DNA of 63,348 nucleotides, counting the filler, from Octopus bimaculoides (lineage: Eukaryota): NCBI RefSeq assembly GCF_001194135.2. It is 4 parts of 4 records of this genome, joined end to end, with 100 filler letters (N's around TTAATTAATTAA, not from the genome) between each part and the next. Parts side by side here need not be neighbours in the genome. Positions count along the whole stretch, not along the records: positions 55,350 to 63,348 come from NC_069004.1; 3 more parts are not named here. One strand, written 5' to 3'. Both the position numbers and the translations under genes were made by a program. This document shows, piece after piece, positions 61,455 through 63,348 of the stretch (the stretch's first letter is position 1; every line of letters starts with the position of its first letter). The notes under the pieces were generated by a model that had not been told where the DNA came from, made no database searches, and was given only the letters and a program-made list of their open reading frames with translations.

Positions 61455-62879
61455 GAGAGAGAAATAAATAGATAGTGAGTGAGTGNNNNNNNNNNNNNNN
61501 NNNNNNNNNNNNNNNNNNNNNNNNNNNNNNNNNNNNNNNNNNNNNNNNNNNNNNNNNNNNNNNNNNNNNNNNNNNNNNNNNNNNNNNNNNNNNNNNNNNN
61601 NNNNNNNNNNNNNNNNNNNNNNNNNNNNNNNNNNNNNNNNNNNNNNNNNNNNNNNNNNNNNNNNNNNNNNNNNNNNNNNNNNNNNNNNNNNNNNNNNNNN
61701 NNNNNNNNNNNNNNNNNNNNNNNNNNNNNNNNNNNNNNNNNNNNNNNNNNNNNNNNNNNNNNNNNNNNNNNNNNNNNNNNNNNNNNNNNNNNNNNNNNNN
61801 NNNNNNNNNNNNNNNNNNNNNNNNNNNNNNNNNNNNNNNNNNNNNNNNNNNNNNNNNNNNNNNNNNNNNNNNNNNNNNNNNNNNNNNNNNNNNNNNNNNN
61901 NNNNNNNNNNNNNNNNNNNNNNNNNNNNNNNNNNNNNNNNNNNNNNNNNNNNNNNNNNNNNNNNNNNNNNNNNNNNNNNNNNNNNNNNNNNNNNNNNNNN
62001 NNNNNNNNNNNNNNNNNNNNNNNNNNNNNNNNNNNNNNNNNNNNNNNNNNNNNNNNNNNNNNNNNNNNNNNNNNNNNNNNNNNNNNNNNNNNNNNNNNNN
62101 NNNNNNNNNNNNNNNNNNNNNNNNNNNNNNNNNNNNNNNNNNNNNNNNNNNNNNNNNNNNNNNNNNNNNNNNNNNNNNNNNNNNNNNNNNNNNNNNNNNN
62201 NNNNNNNNNNNNNNNNNNNNNNNNNNNNNNNNNNNNNNNNNNNNNNNNNNNNNNNNNNNNNNNNNNNNNNNNNNNNNNNNNNNNNNNNNNNNNNNNNNNN
62301 NNNNNNNNNNNNNNNNNNNNNNNNNNNNNNNGGCGTAAAAATGTAAAAGAGGTTTATCCGTGGAAAGAAAAGCCTACGGAAAAGACCACGGTAACCTCAG
62401 GGAGGCAAAGTAACACATGAAAGCAAAGCGCTCTCTCTCTCTCTCTCTCTTTTGGATTTAGATTGTATTTTTTTCTTGTATTTACATATGAATATTTATA
62501 TATTTTCTAAATACGAAATATGATGGCTGTCTTCGTTGATTCTTAATGTTTTGAAAGTTATGATTTTTTTTTGTTATTTTTTGTTATTTGAAGTTAATAT
62601 AAACAGTGTTCGTGTGCGTCAAATGTGTAACCAACAAGAAACAACGTTTGCCACTTGTAAAATATAAATACAAGCAATGATTTTCTCATACATAAACACA
62701 AGCACCTCTTCCCAACGAAAAGCGATCATTCCACTCCACGAAGAAAAGAAAGCAACCAGTGCTTCAGACATTTTACAAAAATGCAATCTGTAGTTATCTA
62801 ACCAAGAATCACTACAAGACGAATATCGTACATGTCAAACTGACGTTCAGAATATGTTGTTCTCTGCCATATCTTTTAT

Positions 62880-63275
62880 ATGTTGTTGACATTTGATTGC
62901 GGCCACGCTGAAGCACCCCTTCTAGGGTTTTCGTGAAACAAATTGATACCAGGACTTCTTTTGGTTAAGTTTGATACTTATTTTATCGGATTTCTTTTTT
63001 CGAAGCACTACTGTTACAGGGATGCAAACACACCAATACCGGTTCTCAAGCAGTAGTGGGGAACAATCACAAACACACATACACATACACATACACACAC
63101 GCACATACATATGTACGATAGGCTTCTTGCAGTTTCCATCTACCAAATCAACTCAACGCTTTGATCGTCCAGATGCAATAGTCGACGACACTTGCCCAAG
63201 GAGTCACACTGTAAGATTGAACCCAGAACTATATGGTTGGGAAGCAAGCTTCTTACCACAAAGACACACCTTCGC
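62880..63275 (-). mobile_element. SINE family A, bipartite copy (diverged)
   Basis: 3' module at about 62880-63075, CA spacer, 5' module at about 63115-63275. Confidence 0.78.
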
Positions 63276-63348
63276 TTGTATATATATATATGCATTAAGA
63301 ACCAACGAAAACGGCCATCATAATACGTACTTAGAAGGTATATATATA

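Overview
Gappy (about 15% N), AT-rich, microsatellite-dense animal genomic DNA from a short-read draft assembly. The SINE, Penelope and RTE repeat content is most consistent with an octopus-type cephalopod (inference, not database-checked). I cannot confidently identify any host protein-coding gene. Nearly all long ORFs in the track are artefacts of (TA)n/(TG)n/(GA)n repeats or N runs. What is supported: (i) at least five tRNA-derived SINE families, several with target-site duplications (TSDs); (ii) decayed LINE fragments (L1/Tx1, RTE, R4/Dong, possibly CR1-like) and a Penelope-like RT remnant; (iii) DNA transposon remnants (mariner DD34D, Tc1-like DD36E, hAT) and MITEs; (iv) minisatellites; (v) three artificial 100-bp N44-TTAATTAATTAA-N44 joins, across which contiguity is not guaranteed. 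The most interesting signal is a set of minimal type I hammerhead-ribozyme (HHR) motifs in several unrelated repeats. The best example is a short tRNA-headed retroelement (3 copies) carrying an HHR near its 3' end. One copy has a 14-bp TSD and two copies have inverted self-fragments at the 5' end, suggesting a SINE mobilised by Penelope-like machinery. Also notable are a pair of block-conserved non-coding paralogues and a 21-bp CCAAT+GATA minisatellite.
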